Source of the DNA: a virus
IMG/VR virus record: IMGVR_UViG_3300050821_009856
Coordinates: 1-64,000 of that record
Reading direction: 5' to 3' (one strand)
Length of the DNA: 64,000 bases
Each line of letters begins with the position of its first letter. The stretch's first letter is position 1. Shown piece after piece: positions 44,912 through 54,301 of this stretch. A program made the position numbers and the translations under genes. A model generated the notes under the pieces. That model saw only the letters and a program-made list of their open reading frames with translations, did not search any database and was not told the origin of the DNA.

Positions 44912-45355
44912 ATGCTCAAGTCCATCATCGCAGCCATCATTCTCACTGGAGCGGTAGCCACTGCGGCGACCGTCACCGTCACCAGCACAAAGGTGACCAC
45001 CGTCAAGACTACCAAGCAGAAGGCCGTGGACGCTGGAGTGCCTGACGCTGGCATGTCTGAAGTGGGGGCGAACCGAGCCGCGGTTCGAAAGGATCTGGCG
45101 GATCAACTCGACCAGTCTGCCGTACAGATGTCGAGCGACCTCGGTGTCGATGTCCGGGTCAAGAAGCTCTACTGGGCTGGAGCAGCTCACCCCACCACGG
45201 GGTGCATTGCCGTCTTCTCTGTCGGCAAGACCAAGGAGGTCGCCTTCTTCCTCTACTACAAGGGCGGCGCCTTCAATCGGATCGAAGAGGATTTCGTCAC
45301 TGAAGATCAGCTTGATGCCGACGGCGTCGAGGTCCCTACCGAGGTTCAGAAGTAA
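44912..45355 (+). CDS. Secreted hypothetical protein
   Basis: Signal peptide MLKSIIAAIILTGAVATA; DAGVPDAG linker. Confidence 0.65.
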   Translation: MLKSIIAAIILTGAVATAATVTVTSTKVTTVKTTKQKAVDAGVPDAGMSEVGANRAAVRKDLADQLDQSAVQMSSDLGVDVRVKKLYWAGAAHPTTGCIAVFSVGKTKEVAFFLYYKGGAFNRIEEDFVTEDQLDADGVEVPTEVQK

Positions 45356-45540
45356 TGAAGACAGTGTACGTAGAACTCATCAAGAACAACAGGGGGCAGA
45401 TTGTCGATGCTGCCCCCATTCTTCTCGGCAAGGTCGTCCGCGGCGTCAAGGACGGTGTTGAACGCGGGTACGTCCAGATCATCAATGGCCACGCCGTTCA
45501 GTACTTCGACGACTCCGAGATTCGGGTCTTCCACGTATGA
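45355..45540 (+). CDS. Small hypothetical protein
   Basis: Coupled overlaps. Confidence 0.55.
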   Translation: MKTVYVELIKNNRGQIVDAAPILLGKVVRGVKDGVERGYVQIINGHAVQYFDDSEIRVFHV

Positions 45541-45950
45541 ACCCCAACACCACCAGGCTGTATGTTGTAGTTCGTAAGGAGCTTGGTGACCGCCAGTTTG
45601 TGGCCCACTTTGGCCATGCTGCACGGGAGGCTTTCTTTGCTCCGCCGGTGACGAATGCTCTGCCTGTAGCTCCGAGCGAGGATGAAGCGATCGTTGTCCT
45701 CAGGGCCAGCAAGAAGCAGATGGAAGACCTTAGGGTCAACCTGATTGCTGCAGGAATTGCCGTGAAGGCTTGCGTTGAGATTCATGGACCGATGGCTGGC
45801 AGTACGCCATCCCTTGGATTCGCCATCTCCGAATACCAGCGCTCCGTAGTGGATCCGCTGGTCAAGGATCTGAAGTCGTGGGAGCCGCCTGCAGCGGCGA
45901 TTGCCGAAGAGGAGTTTCCTCCAGCTGCGGGCTCGGGTTGTAGAGCTTGA
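45537..45950 (+). CDS. Peptidyl-tRNA hydrolase type 2 (Pth2)-like protein
   Basis: LYVVVRKEL, AHFGHAA, IVVLRA, GS.PSLG, VDPLVKDLK pattern of the PTH2 family; catalytic DAG motif appears altered. Confidence 0.6.
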   Translation: MNPNTTRLYVVVRKELGDRQFVAHFGHAAREAFFAPPVTNALPVAPSEDEAIVVLRASKKQMEDLRVNLIAAGIAVKACVEIHGPMAGSTPSLGFAISEYQRSVVDPLVKDLKSWEPPAAAIAEEEFPPAAGSGCRA

Positions 45951-46001
45951 GCGGCTCCTTGAATACGAGAAGGATCGCTATATCGACGATTGTATCGACG
46001 A

Positions 46002-48503
46002 TTAGCCGATGACCTGATAGTTCCAGGTGTAGAGCGTGCCGTCGACCGGAGCGTTTTTGGTTTCTACGGTGAAGCTACCGGCGGCGGCACTAGCCCACCA
46101 CTGAAGCCCTGCAGCATTGCTGTTGGTCGGCGTCAGCAGGACGACTGGGGTAGACGCAAAAGCGCCGCGGTTTGCAGCGAAGGTAACAACCCCGAGCGCA
46201 CCTGCTCCTGACCCAGTACCTGTCGTGATGCTGACGGTTCCGCGGACGTCAGTGTTCCCAGCTCCTGGAGTTAGGGTTGGCCCGGAGCCTACGTTGGCGC
46301 CAGCGGTTAGTGTAGGGGCGTCACCAGCTTGGAGGCTTTCGCGGAAGGATACCAAGCGGTCACCGATCGCCAAGTCACCATTAGGGGCGATCGAACCTGC
46401 CGGAGCCCCGTACGGATAGGGGCCGAAGTGATTCATGGTCTCGCCAAGCTCACTCGGCAGGAGACCTCCGGAGAGACGGATGAAGGTTAGTCCGTAGTAG
46501 TCCACGTAGCTGCCAGCAATGGGCTGGCCGGCGCTCAAGAATAGCTCGACTGTATCGGAAGCCTCGGCTACGCCAACGATGTAGAAGACCTCCCACTCCC
46601 AGTCGTTGTTGTCCGAGGTTACCCGACTGCTGTCTTGTTGGATCCCGCCAGTGACCTGTTCGAGAATGATGTTGTTGGTGGAGCCGACAAGGCTCGGTTT
46701 GGTCCAAGCTCCGGCGATCATGATTTCGCCAGCGGCTACGGTGCCGACGTTGCTATAAACGATCACCGTGCCGTGATTGCCTGCACCATCTGGATTGAGG
46801 ACGCGGATGGCCCGGTTGCCGCCGAATGGATCTGGGTGTCCGGTCGTTGTGGTAGTGCTACCAAGGCTTACCCAGTCGCTTGGATTCTTACTGGCGAGGT
46901 TCTGCGATTTGACTGCCGAAGGGGCGTTGAGTCTACGCGCTGCATCGCTGCTAGCGAAGATGCGGCCGTTATAGAAGCCCACGGCGTTTTGGGCAGATAG
47001 GGTCTGGAACTGTCCCTGACCGCCGTTACTTGCGATGTAGGTACATGGCCCAGTTACGGTGGCGCAGTTAATAACCTGGACGAGGTTACTCATGTATGGA
47101 AGAGCTGTTGGAACCTGCCCGTAGCCTTTGAACCCGTCGATGTAAACGTCCACGTCAGGAGAGTCCGCGGTGGCGCAGTTCTCCAGAATGGAGTAGCCGG
47201 CGATGGAGCCGATCGACATGTGGACGCCAGGGCCGATTGGAATGGTACCGTCGCTTTCTGTGGTCCAGTCTCGGATCTGAATCTGCCAGGCCGAGCCAGC
47301 ATAGTAGGCAATGCCGCCGCCGAACCCATAGCAGTGCTCAATGGCCATGAGTCCAGCCGGTTGAGTGACTCCCGGCGAACTAGAGGTCAGGAGTACAGCC
47401 ATTCGCTCTGGCTGTCTGACCCTATTCGGGAACTGCCAGAGGACGTGGCCGACACCGCTTGGGACCGTGGCGAAGCTTAGCTGGTGAAGGCTGGTGTTGA
47501 TGGCCGTGACTTGGTGCTTGGTCGCGTAGTCTGTGTCGAAGACGACCCAGTCGCCAACCATGTAGTTAGATTCCGCGCCGGCCACACCCATCGTGACGTG
47601 CCCGGGAGTACCAGGTGAGTCAGTACAAACATCGCCTACACCATTGCCGGGGATCCGGTTGATGGTCAGACCTGTCGTGACGCCCGTGTTCGAGTCGAGG
47701 CCGACGAATCCATTGACCGAGTCGATGCTCGTCACGGTGTGGGCGTTACCAGCTACAGTGACGTTCGTTCCTACTCCAAAGTTGGCTGTGTCGGCTGGGT
47801 AGTGAAGGGTAGCAACGTGGGTACTTGCGTTGAAGACATCGATGAGGCCACCTACGTACGGTCCATGGTTTGGATCCGAGTAGTAGTTAGGCGTGAACTC
47901 GCAGTGCCGGAAGTACATCCAGAACGAGTAGCCACTGATGACGGCCGGCGAGGCAACGCCGCTGAAGGTATTGCTAGAGAAAGCGCAGTGGTCGAACTCC
48001 AAGTGGCTGCAGGCGTGGGTAGCATCGCCTCCAGGGTTGCCATTGCCGTCGCAGCCGATCTCCGTGCGGTCCTGGAAGATGAGGTTGCGGAATGTGAACC
48101 CAGCACCTGATGTCCCAGCCAGACGCAGCGCCGGCATCCCGTTGTTGACTAGCGAGTTGGTTACGGCTAGTCCACCGTTAGTACCAGCCTCCCCGCCCAC
48201 ACCTACAAACTCGGTGCCCCCAAAAGGAAGAGAGTTCAGCCAGTACGGAGAGCCGGTGTAGAGAGCCGAATCATTGGTCAACCACAGGCCATGAATGCCG
48301 TCTGGGTGGAGGTTTGTGTTGTCTGCGATGTAGAGCCTGGCTTTGACCGGGATGGCTGCCATTGCCACGAGGGCGCCGTAGACTGTCGCATAGGCGTTGC
48401 TCCAGTCCAGTCCTGAGTTGTTGTCGTTCCCCTTTGGATGGACGTATCGTTCAACGAAGGAGCTGGTGTAGATGTTCGGGTTATGGATGTAGCTTGTCGG
48501 CAT
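46002..48503 (-). CDS. Tailspike/tail fibre, beta-helix (polysaccharide depolymerase-like)
   Basis: RYVHPKGNDNNSGLDWSNAYAT, beta-helix-like repeats (FRNLIF, FDHCAF, FRHCEF); paralog of next gene. Confidence 0.7.
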   Translation of the reverse strand: MPTSYIHNPNIYTSSFVERYVHPKGNDNNSGLDWSNAYATVYGALVAMAAIPVKARLYIADNTNLHPDGIHGLWLTNDSALYTGSPYWLNSLPFGGTEFVGVGGEAGTNGGLAVTNSLVNNGMPALRLAGTSGAGFTFRNLIFQDRTEIGCDGNGNPGGDATHACSHLEFDHCAFSSNTFSGVASPAVISGYSFWMYFRHCEFTPNYYSDPNHGPYVGGLIDVFNASTHVATLHYPADTANFGVGTNVTVAGNAHTVTSIDSVNGFVGLDSNTGVTTGLTINRIPGNGVGDVCTDSPGTPGHVTMGVAGAESNYMVGDWVVFDTDYATKHQVTAINTSLHQLSFATVPSGVGHVLWQFPNRVRQPERMAVLLTSSSPGVTQPAGLMAIEHCYGFGGGIAYYAGSAWQIQIRDWTTESDGTIPIGPGVHMSIGSIAGYSILENCATADSPDVDVYIDGFKGYGQVPTALPYMSNLVQVINCATVTGPCTYIASNGGQGQFQTLSAQNAVGFYNGRIFASSDAARRLNAPSAVKSQNLASKNPSDWVSLGSTTTTTGHPDPFGGNRAIRVLNPDGAGNHGTVIVYSNVGTVAAGEIMIAGAWTKPSLVGSTNNIILEQVTGGIQQDSSRVTSDNNDWEWEVFYIVGVAEASDTVELFLSAGQPIAGSYVDYYGLTFIRLSGGLLPSELGETMNHFGPYPYGAPAGSIAPNGDLAIGDRLVSFRESLQAGDAPTLTAGANVGSGPTLTPGAGNTDVRGTVSITTGTGSGAGALGVVTFAANRGAFASTPVVLLTPTNSNAAGLQWWASAAAGSFTVETKNAPVDGTLYTWNYQVIG

Positions 48504-48506
48504 GGC

Positions 48507-51329
48507 TTACCCCACTACCAGGTAGTCCCAGGTGTAGGTCGTGGCATCTACCAGGGCGTTGAGGGTGTTGAGCAGGAAGGTACTCGCCGTCTTGGTCGGG
48601 TACGTCTGAAGGAGGGCGGCAGCAGCAGCGTTGGTCGCCTGGATCTTAACGTGAGGTGCAGCGGCATAAGCAACAGCAAAGGTGACAGTGGCAAGTAAGC
48701 CGCTAGAGGACCCGGTGCCGGTCGTGACGCTGATGGTCCCACACGTATCGGTGCCAACGACGGAGACGGTGGGGCTAGTCCCGAGGTTGGTTCCCGCGGC
48801 AATTGACGGATGCGTGTTGGCCTGAGGGGACTCCTGGAACGTGACGATGTGCTTCGAGAGCCCTAGGTCGAGCATCGGCGCGAACACGCCTGCCGGAGTG
48901 TTCGATGGGAATGGGCCACAGTGCTGCTGGAACTCGGCTAGCTCAGTTACGCTCAGCGTGCCTGCCGGGAAACGGTAGACGACCATCCCGTAGTAGTCTG
49001 TTGATGCCGCGGCGATGTTGAAGGTTGTGACGGTGACGGTGACGGTGTCACTGGCAGATGCGATCCCCAGCATGTAGCCACTACACCACTGCCATTCACC
49101 ATCTCCTCCAGATGGTCTTGCGAAAGTGTTGTTGGTGGCAACCCCCTGCCTCAAGACAATGAGTGGCTGTCCTCCAGAGGCACGACACCAGCAGCCGGCG
49201 AAGACAATTTCCCCAGAGCCTACGGCACCGGTGTTGGAATAGACCGTAGCATTGATATTGTTGGTCCCAGCCTGTGTCACACGGAACGCTCGCGTGCCAC
49301 CAAACGGATCTGCGATTCCGGATGTGACAGTCGCCGGGTTGATGGCTGCAGGGAAATCGGCTGTGTTGTTTAGCGCCAGATTCTGGAACCTATTCCCTGC
49401 GAGTCTTCGGCCTGCATCTGTCTGTCCATAGACTTTGCCAAATAAGAATCCGCTTTGCCCCTGAGATGAGGGCTGGAGCTGCACCAACGGGAAATATTGA
49501 GTGCCTACAACACATGGGCCAGTCACACCGCTGCAGTGGTCTACGTTTACTATGCTCGGGTTCGGGACAAATCCATTTATGCCGTCGATCTGCACGTCGG
49601 GAAAGAACACCCCGTTGTGGTCCTGGATGTCGTCAGCGTTACCTGACCAACTGACTTGAGCAAACCCGTAGTTACCATAAAGCCTCAGGTGGACGCCCGG
49701 ACCTGTCGGGTGTAAGAAGTCCGACTCAACATTGAAGTCGTTAACGAAGAAGTCCCACTCTTGAGCGCCATTGTAATAGGTGAGTCCACCGCCGCCAGCA
49801 GTGCAATGTTCAATGAAGTACAGGTAGCCACCAGAAATTCCTGTACCTGGTACGTCTGGTGTTAAGAAAACGGAGGAACGAAGAGGCTGGCCTCTATTTT
49901 CCGAGACCTGGAATAGCAACAGCGTGCTGGTCGTCCAGCTGTTGACGGGGGCCGTGAACGTCAGCTGGTTGGCTCCGACGTTGACCGACAGAACCTGGTA
50001 GACAAAGGCGCCAGTGGCGTAATCGCGAATGAAGTCGCCGGGCTGGTAGTAAGCTGCGTTCCCGGCCGTGGCCAGTGTAACGACAGCCCCGTTGATGCCG
50101 TTGGTGGCAATCGGGTCACCTTGGATAGCAATGCGATTGATGGTGTTGCCGATCGCCAACCCACCTGGACCATCGAAGGTGATAGTGCCTGCACCGAAGT
50201 TTGTAGAAACGATTGTCCTGGTTTGTCCACCTACGCTGACCTTCAGGCCATTCGCGTTGTGGGTGTACATGTCGTCCTGGTAGGACAGAGTAACGGTGTT
50301 GGTACTCACATTGGCGATGTATCCGCCCACCGTGATGCCGCCACCGCCGAGTGCTCCTTGCGCGAAGAAGTGGCAGTCTCGAATGTAGATCCAGAAACTA
50401 GCCCCAGCGAGAAATGAGGGGTGGCAGGCTGCGAATCCATTTACGGTCGTGATGGATGTTTCGAAAGAGCAGTCGTCAAAGCGAATTTTGGTGGGGCCGT
50501 GGGTGAAGTCTCCATGGGGAAGCCCCGTGATTGGATCTACGTTCAGCTCCGTCCTGTCGTAGAAGATGATGTTCTTGAATGACAGGCCGTTGGCGCCGTA
50601 CAGCTTGAGTGCGGGAACTCCTGCAGCTCCGACCACCTGTGCCTGACCACCGAAGCTGAACTGTGTACCCCGGCCGCCTATTCCGATCATCTCAAAGCGT
50701 AGGGTGCTACTGTTTACCCACTGATTGCTCCCTGTGTAGACAGCCGAGTCGGTGGTCAGCCAGATGCCAGTAGAATGGTCCGGATTACAGTAGCTGCCAT
50801 CTGCCACATAGATCCGAGCTACGCCCAGGGCAGTTCCGCCAGCCGCCACGCAAGCCTTCAGGGCTCCGTAGACAGTCGCGTAAGCGTTCTCCCAGTCGAC
50901 GCCACTGTTGGTATCATTGCCGTTTGGATGAACGTAGCGTTCAGCGAAGACAGAATTCTTGACGTCTGGATTGAAGAGGATCGCCGGAATACTGGTGTTG
51001 ACCGATGCCTGGATTTTGTGATTGTCTGAAGTTAGCCCGAGAACGCCAGTGGTGGACGTAGAGGCTGGCACGGAGCCGGCATTCAGCGTGAGCCCCTGAG
51101 TGGTCAGGGCCCCAACGTTGAAGGTCCCCGTGACAGTTAGGTTCTGGCCGACAGTGAAATTGCTGGTCGAGGTCAGATTGCCAAGGCCGTCACTTGTAAC
51201 TGATGCGATGAGGTTAGCGATGCTAACGCCAGGCGGCAGCGATGCACGATTCAGGCCGTTGTCGGCAAGCCCGTTCAGAAAGGCATTGTCGAGTGCTGTC
51301 CTGAACTCATTGGTGAACAGCAGCGACAT
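48507..51329 (-). CDS. Tailspike/tail fibre, beta-helix, with N-terminal anchor
   Basis: Same architecture as 46002..48503 plus about 115 aa N-terminal extension. Confidence 0.7.
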   Translation of the reverse strand: MSLLFTNEFRTALDNAFLNGLADNGLNRASLPPGVSIANLIASVTSDGLGNLTSTSNFTVGQNLTVTGTFNVGALTTQGLTLNAGSVPASTSTTGVLGLTSDNHKIQASVNTSIPAILFNPDVKNSVFAERYVHPNGNDTNSGVDWENAYATVYGALKACVAAGGTALGVARIYVADGSYCNPDHSTGIWLTTDSAVYTGSNQWVNSSTLRFEMIGIGGRGTQFSFGGQAQVVGAAGVPALKLYGANGLSFKNIIFYDRTELNVDPITGLPHGDFTHGPTKIRFDDCSFETSITTVNGFAACHPSFLAGASFWIYIRDCHFFAQGALGGGGITVGGYIANVSTNTVTLSYQDDMYTHNANGLKVSVGGQTRTIVSTNFGAGTITFDGPGGLAIGNTINRIAIQGDPIATNGINGAVVTLATAGNAAYYQPGDFIRDYATGAFVYQVLSVNVGANQLTFTAPVNSWTTSTLLLFQVSENRGQPLRSSVFLTPDVPGTGISGGYLYFIEHCTAGGGGLTYYNGAQEWDFFVNDFNVESDFLHPTGPGVHLRLYGNYGFAQVSWSGNADDIQDHNGVFFPDVQIDGINGFVPNPSIVNVDHCSGVTGPCVVGTQYFPLVQLQPSSQGQSGFLFGKVYGQTDAGRRLAGNRFQNLALNNTADFPAAINPATVTSGIADPFGGTRAFRVTQAGTNNINATVYSNTGAVGSGEIVFAGCWCRASGGQPLIVLRQGVATNNTFARPSGGDGEWQWCSGYMLGIASASDTVTVTVTTFNIAAASTDYYGMVVYRFPAGTLSVTELAEFQQHCGPFPSNTPAGVFAPMLDLGLSKHIVTFQESPQANTHPSIAAGTNLGTSPTVSVVGTDTCGTISVTTGTGSSSGLLATVTFAVAYAAAPHVKIQATNAAAAALLQTYPTKTASTFLLNTLNALVDATTYTWDYLVVG

Positions 51330-51344
51330 CTAGCCCTGCCTTAC

Positions 51345-52301
51345 TTAGACCTTGGCGGTGATCCAGTAGTTGGCGCCGTCGCTCACGCAGGTCAAAGAAC
51401 CGGTGGTCCCCGGGGTAATGACGTTGGTCGCAGCGCCGCCACTCTTTACGGTCCCGCTAGTCGCTACGTTCACCGTGATGGTGTTGGTCGAAGTGACGGT
51501 ACCGCTGGAGTCGACGATCGTGTACTCGCTGCCAGACGGAGCAGCGTGCGGAAGGGTAACGGTCCTGACAGACGCTCCAGACATGTAGATGATGTGGTCT
51601 GTCGCTGCCGCACTATATGAGGTACCAGCTTGCGTAGTGACGCCCAGAGTCTGCCCGGCATCTTGAAAAGATCCGCCGACCACTTGAACGGCGCCGTTGG
51701 CGCTCTGCTGCATGTAGAGTCCAGACTTGCTTGTGCCTTGCCCCTGAAAACCGATGCCACTGGAGGCAGCGACACTCATGCCAATAGAGTTGGTGTCGAG
51801 CGCAAAGACTCCGCCGGCCTGGAATGGCACAGAAGCCGGGAAGGTATTGATGCTCCCGCTCACGTAAACGAGCCCTGCCGTGGAGGTAGCGCCAGATGCA
51901 GCCCCATTGAGGTCAAGGGCCGCACCTTGGGGGATGGAAACGGCAACCTTGTCCGCTCCACTTTGGTACGTTTGGATACCAAAGGTGTACATGGTCGCCC
52001 AACGCAGACCGGTTGAGCCGAAGTTGAAGTTGTCATCGATGCTTGGGGCGATCGCCCCTAAGCCACCGAGACTGATACCGCCGAGACCACCAGCAATGAC
52101 CAGCTGGTTACCGCCAGACTCGGTAAGAGTCTCCGTGGTACCGATGGTAATTCCAGTAGGAAAGATGCCGCCGGCTTCGCTATTGAGAATGGCTCCTAGA
52201 GAAAACAAGCCGGCAAGCCGCGGCGCAAGTCCTCGACCGGTCATCAGACCGAAGAAGGCGCCATCGACTGCAGCAACTTGTTCATTTGTGAGAAGCGCCA
52301 T
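51345..52301 (-). CDS. Short tail fibre/adhesin-like protein
   Basis: N-terminal 40 aa shared with next gene; C-terminal TVTLP..VSDGANYW fibre-type domain. Confidence 0.6.
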   Translation of the reverse strand: MALLTNEQVAAVDGAFFGLMTGRGLAPRLAGLFSLGAILNSEAGGIFPTGITIGTTETLTESGGNQLVIAGGLGGISLGGLGAIAPSIDDNFNFGSTGLRWATMYTFGIQTYQSGADKVAVSIPQGAALDLNGAASGATSTAGLVYVSGSINTFPASVPFQAGGVFALDTNSIGMSVAASSGIGFQGQGTSKSGLYMQQSANGAVQVVGGSFQDAGQTLGVTTQAGTSYSAAATDHIIYMSGASVRTVTLPHAAPSGSEYTIVDSSGTVTSTNTITVNVATSGTVKSGGAATNVITPGTTGSLTCVSDGANYWITAKV

Positions 52302-52310
52302 TGTTTTTTC

Positions 52311-53378
52311 TTAGTTGATCTGTTCGATAACCGCTGCGTCATCGTACGTGGCGCTGGTGAAAGTCCCCGCCGTACTCACGCTGATCGTCGTGTTGGGGTT
52401 CACAGTGATATAGATCGGCAGACCAGCCCAGAAACCAACCGACGTAGCGGCATTGATCGGCGATGCAGCCAAGCTCAGCGGGACGTTGAGTGTCTGGGCA
52501 GCACCTGCGTGGTCGGTGAAGGCGACTTGGAGGTTTATGCTCGCCGAGCCAGCTACGGTAATCTTGATCATCCCGCTGACAAGATAGGTGTGCTTGTTGC
52601 CGTCGTTTGGCGATGTGACGGTAATAAAGCTGGGGTCCGCTGCGGTCTTACCAGTTCGCGGAGCCGTAATTGCGCGAGTGGTAGAGACACCGATACCCGC
52701 AGTTGCTGCCCCACCTACGGTAGGGAGAAATCCCTGGTAGTCAACGGACAGTTTTGACGTGGCGTTGTTCTTCAGCAGAAATAACAGGTCGCCGGCAGTA
52801 CTGAGGGTGTTGCTGGTGTTAACGTTCCAGACGCCCGCTGATGCGGAACCACTCGCCACATTGGATGTTATTGTGTGAATGCCAGCATTCTGCACAAGGC
52901 TGTCTGTCTCTTGAGCATTGAGGTAGATGGCCTGCCCGTTCGACATAATGAACGGAGAACCGGACAAAAAGAATCCACCACCACCTGTCGTCAGCGTGAG
53001 CTGTCCACCGCCACTCGCAGATTCAGTGAAGACCTCCGAGCCGATAGAAAGGCTCTTGTTGGCAGTGGCGATGGTGATCCCACCCAGGAAGTTGAGGTTG
53101 GTGCCATCGAAGTACATGTCGCCAGTTGCACCAACGCGGTTGGTGCCGACGGTCCGGCCAGCCCAGGAAAATCCAGCTGACTGAGGTATCGAGAAGCCGT
53201 ACTGAGTGCCTGTGGCGGAGGACTGGAAGAGCCCGGAAACGCCGCCCGGAAAGCTTCCGTTTACGATGGCTCCCAGGGAGAATAACCCTGAGAGAGCTGG
53301 TGCAAGCCCGCGACCGGTCATCAGACCGAAGAAGGCGCCGTCAATTGCTGAAACTTGGTCGTTTGTCAGGAGCGCCAT
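52311..53378 (-). CDS. Short tail fibre/adhesin-like protein
   Basis: Shared N-terminus MALLTNDQVSAIDGAFFGLMTGRGLAP; G/S/T-rich. Confidence 0.6.
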   Translation of the reverse strand: MALLTNDQVSAIDGAFFGLMTGRGLAPALSGLFSLGAIVNGSFPGGVSGLFQSSATGTQYGFSIPQSAGFSWAGRTVGTNRVGATGDMYFDGTNLNFLGGITIATANKSLSIGSEVFTESASGGGQLTLTTGGGGFFLSGSPFIMSNGQAIYLNAQETDSLVQNAGIHTITSNVASGSASAGVWNVNTSNTLSTAGDLLFLLKNNATSKLSVDYQGFLPTVGGAATAGIGVSTTRAITAPRTGKTAADPSFITVTSPNDGNKHTYLVSGMIKITVAGSASINLQVAFTDHAGAAQTLNVPLSLAASPINAATSVGFWAGLPIYITVNPNTTISVSTAGTFTSATYDDAAVIEQIN

Positions 53379-53388
53379 GAACTACTCT

Positions 53389-53775
53389 TTAGAAGGTCTG
53401 CGACAGGTCGGTCGCGTAGATGAGCTGGTCGTCGCAGTACAGTGTGTAGGTGCCGCCAGTGAAGGCGCTGAGGTCTGAGGCAGCGTAGGTCACAGGCTTC
53501 AGTCGGTTGTCCATGAACTTGGGGCCGATGCCCGCGGAGGGGACATTGCCGATCGCCGAGTTGGCTTCAACGCTTTCGGCATCGATGACCTTCTGGGCCG
53601 TGACGTGCGTTCCATCCGGGACCGTGAGGACTTTCACCTTCTGGCTGACGGTACCGTTACTAAGCCAGCCAATCTGGCTGGGATACATGCCAGTGGATGA
53701 GGCGACAGTCAGCAGGCCACCGGTGGTGGCTACAGATACGACAGATTGAACGTTGGGGACAAACTTAGCCGCCAT
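53389..53775 (-). CDS. Putative virion protein
   Basis: AGGAG RBS and AATCTT motif; beta-rich. Confidence 0.55.
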   Translation of the reverse strand: MAAKFVPNVQSVVSVATTGGLLTVASSTGMYPSQIGWLSNGTVSQKVKVLTVPDGTHVTAQKVIDAESVEANSAIGNVPSAGIGPKFMDNRLKPVTYAASDLSAFTGGTYTLYCDDQLIYATDLSQTF

Positions 53776-53793
53776 GGGATTGTTCTCCTAAGG

Positions 53794-53803
53794 CGGAAGA
53801 TTG
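53794..53803 (-). promoter_or_regulatory. Putative late promoter CAATCTTCCG
   Basis: About 21 nt upstream of ATG 53775. Confidence 0.55.
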
Positions 53804-53806
53804 TGA

Positions 53807-54250
53807 TTAAGCCGGCCACTCTCCGCTGACCATCATTTGGGCGTCTTCCTGGGCCCTCTTACCAACCTGCTTGGCCCAAAGACTGGCGAGCATGCCAGCG
53901 GAAGCTGCCGCATAGTTGCCTTCCTGGATGAAGCCCAGGGTGTGGTGAAACTGGAGTAACGTGGGCAGCCCCATGTTGAAAGAAAGATCCCCCAGAACGG
54001 CCTGACGGACAGGGTCCAGGTCGACTGCCCATGGGAGAGCCTTGAGTAGCCCACTCATAGCGTCGTCAAGGTCCTGTTGAAGGAGCTGGTCGATTTGATC
54101 ATCTGTGAGGGGCGGGACCATATCTGAGGGTAGTGGATGGGCCTCGATGTTGTGCCCTACCCCCACCGTTTTGATGCCCTTGGAATCCAGATAGACGTTG
54201 GCTTCTCTGCCCTCGTGCTTGCTCACCAGCTTCAAGAGACTATCGATCAT
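53807..54250 (-). CDS. Endolysin, T4-like lysozyme (GH24)
   Basis: HEG..VYLDSKGIKTVGVGHN (E-D-T triad), FNMG, SLWAKQVGKRA. Confidence 0.9.
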   Translation of the reverse strand: MIDSLLKLVSKHEGREANVYLDSKGIKTVGVGHNIEAHPLPSDMVPPLTDDQIDQLLQQDLDDAMSGLLKALPWAVDLDPVRQAVLGDLSFNMGLPTLLQFHHTLGFIQEGNYAAASAGMLASLWAKQVGKRAQEDAQMMVSGEWPA

Positions 54251-54265
54251 TTGCTCTCCCCGATG

Positions 54266-54295
54266 TTGACTAAGATTGTCGCCCTGTGGTAGGGT
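54266..54295 (+). promoter_or_regulatory. Sigma70-like promoter TTGACT-18-TAGGGT (leaderless) overlapping the divergent AATCTT late motif
   Basis: 6 nt before ATG 54302; AAGATT at 54272-54277 lies in its spacer. Confidence 0.55.
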
Positions 54296-54301
54296 TTCTG
54301 C

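Noticed and set aside
45972-46001. Tandem TATCGACGATT repeat at the convergence of the two arms
   Set aside because: Only two short copies and no clear hairpin; function unsupported.
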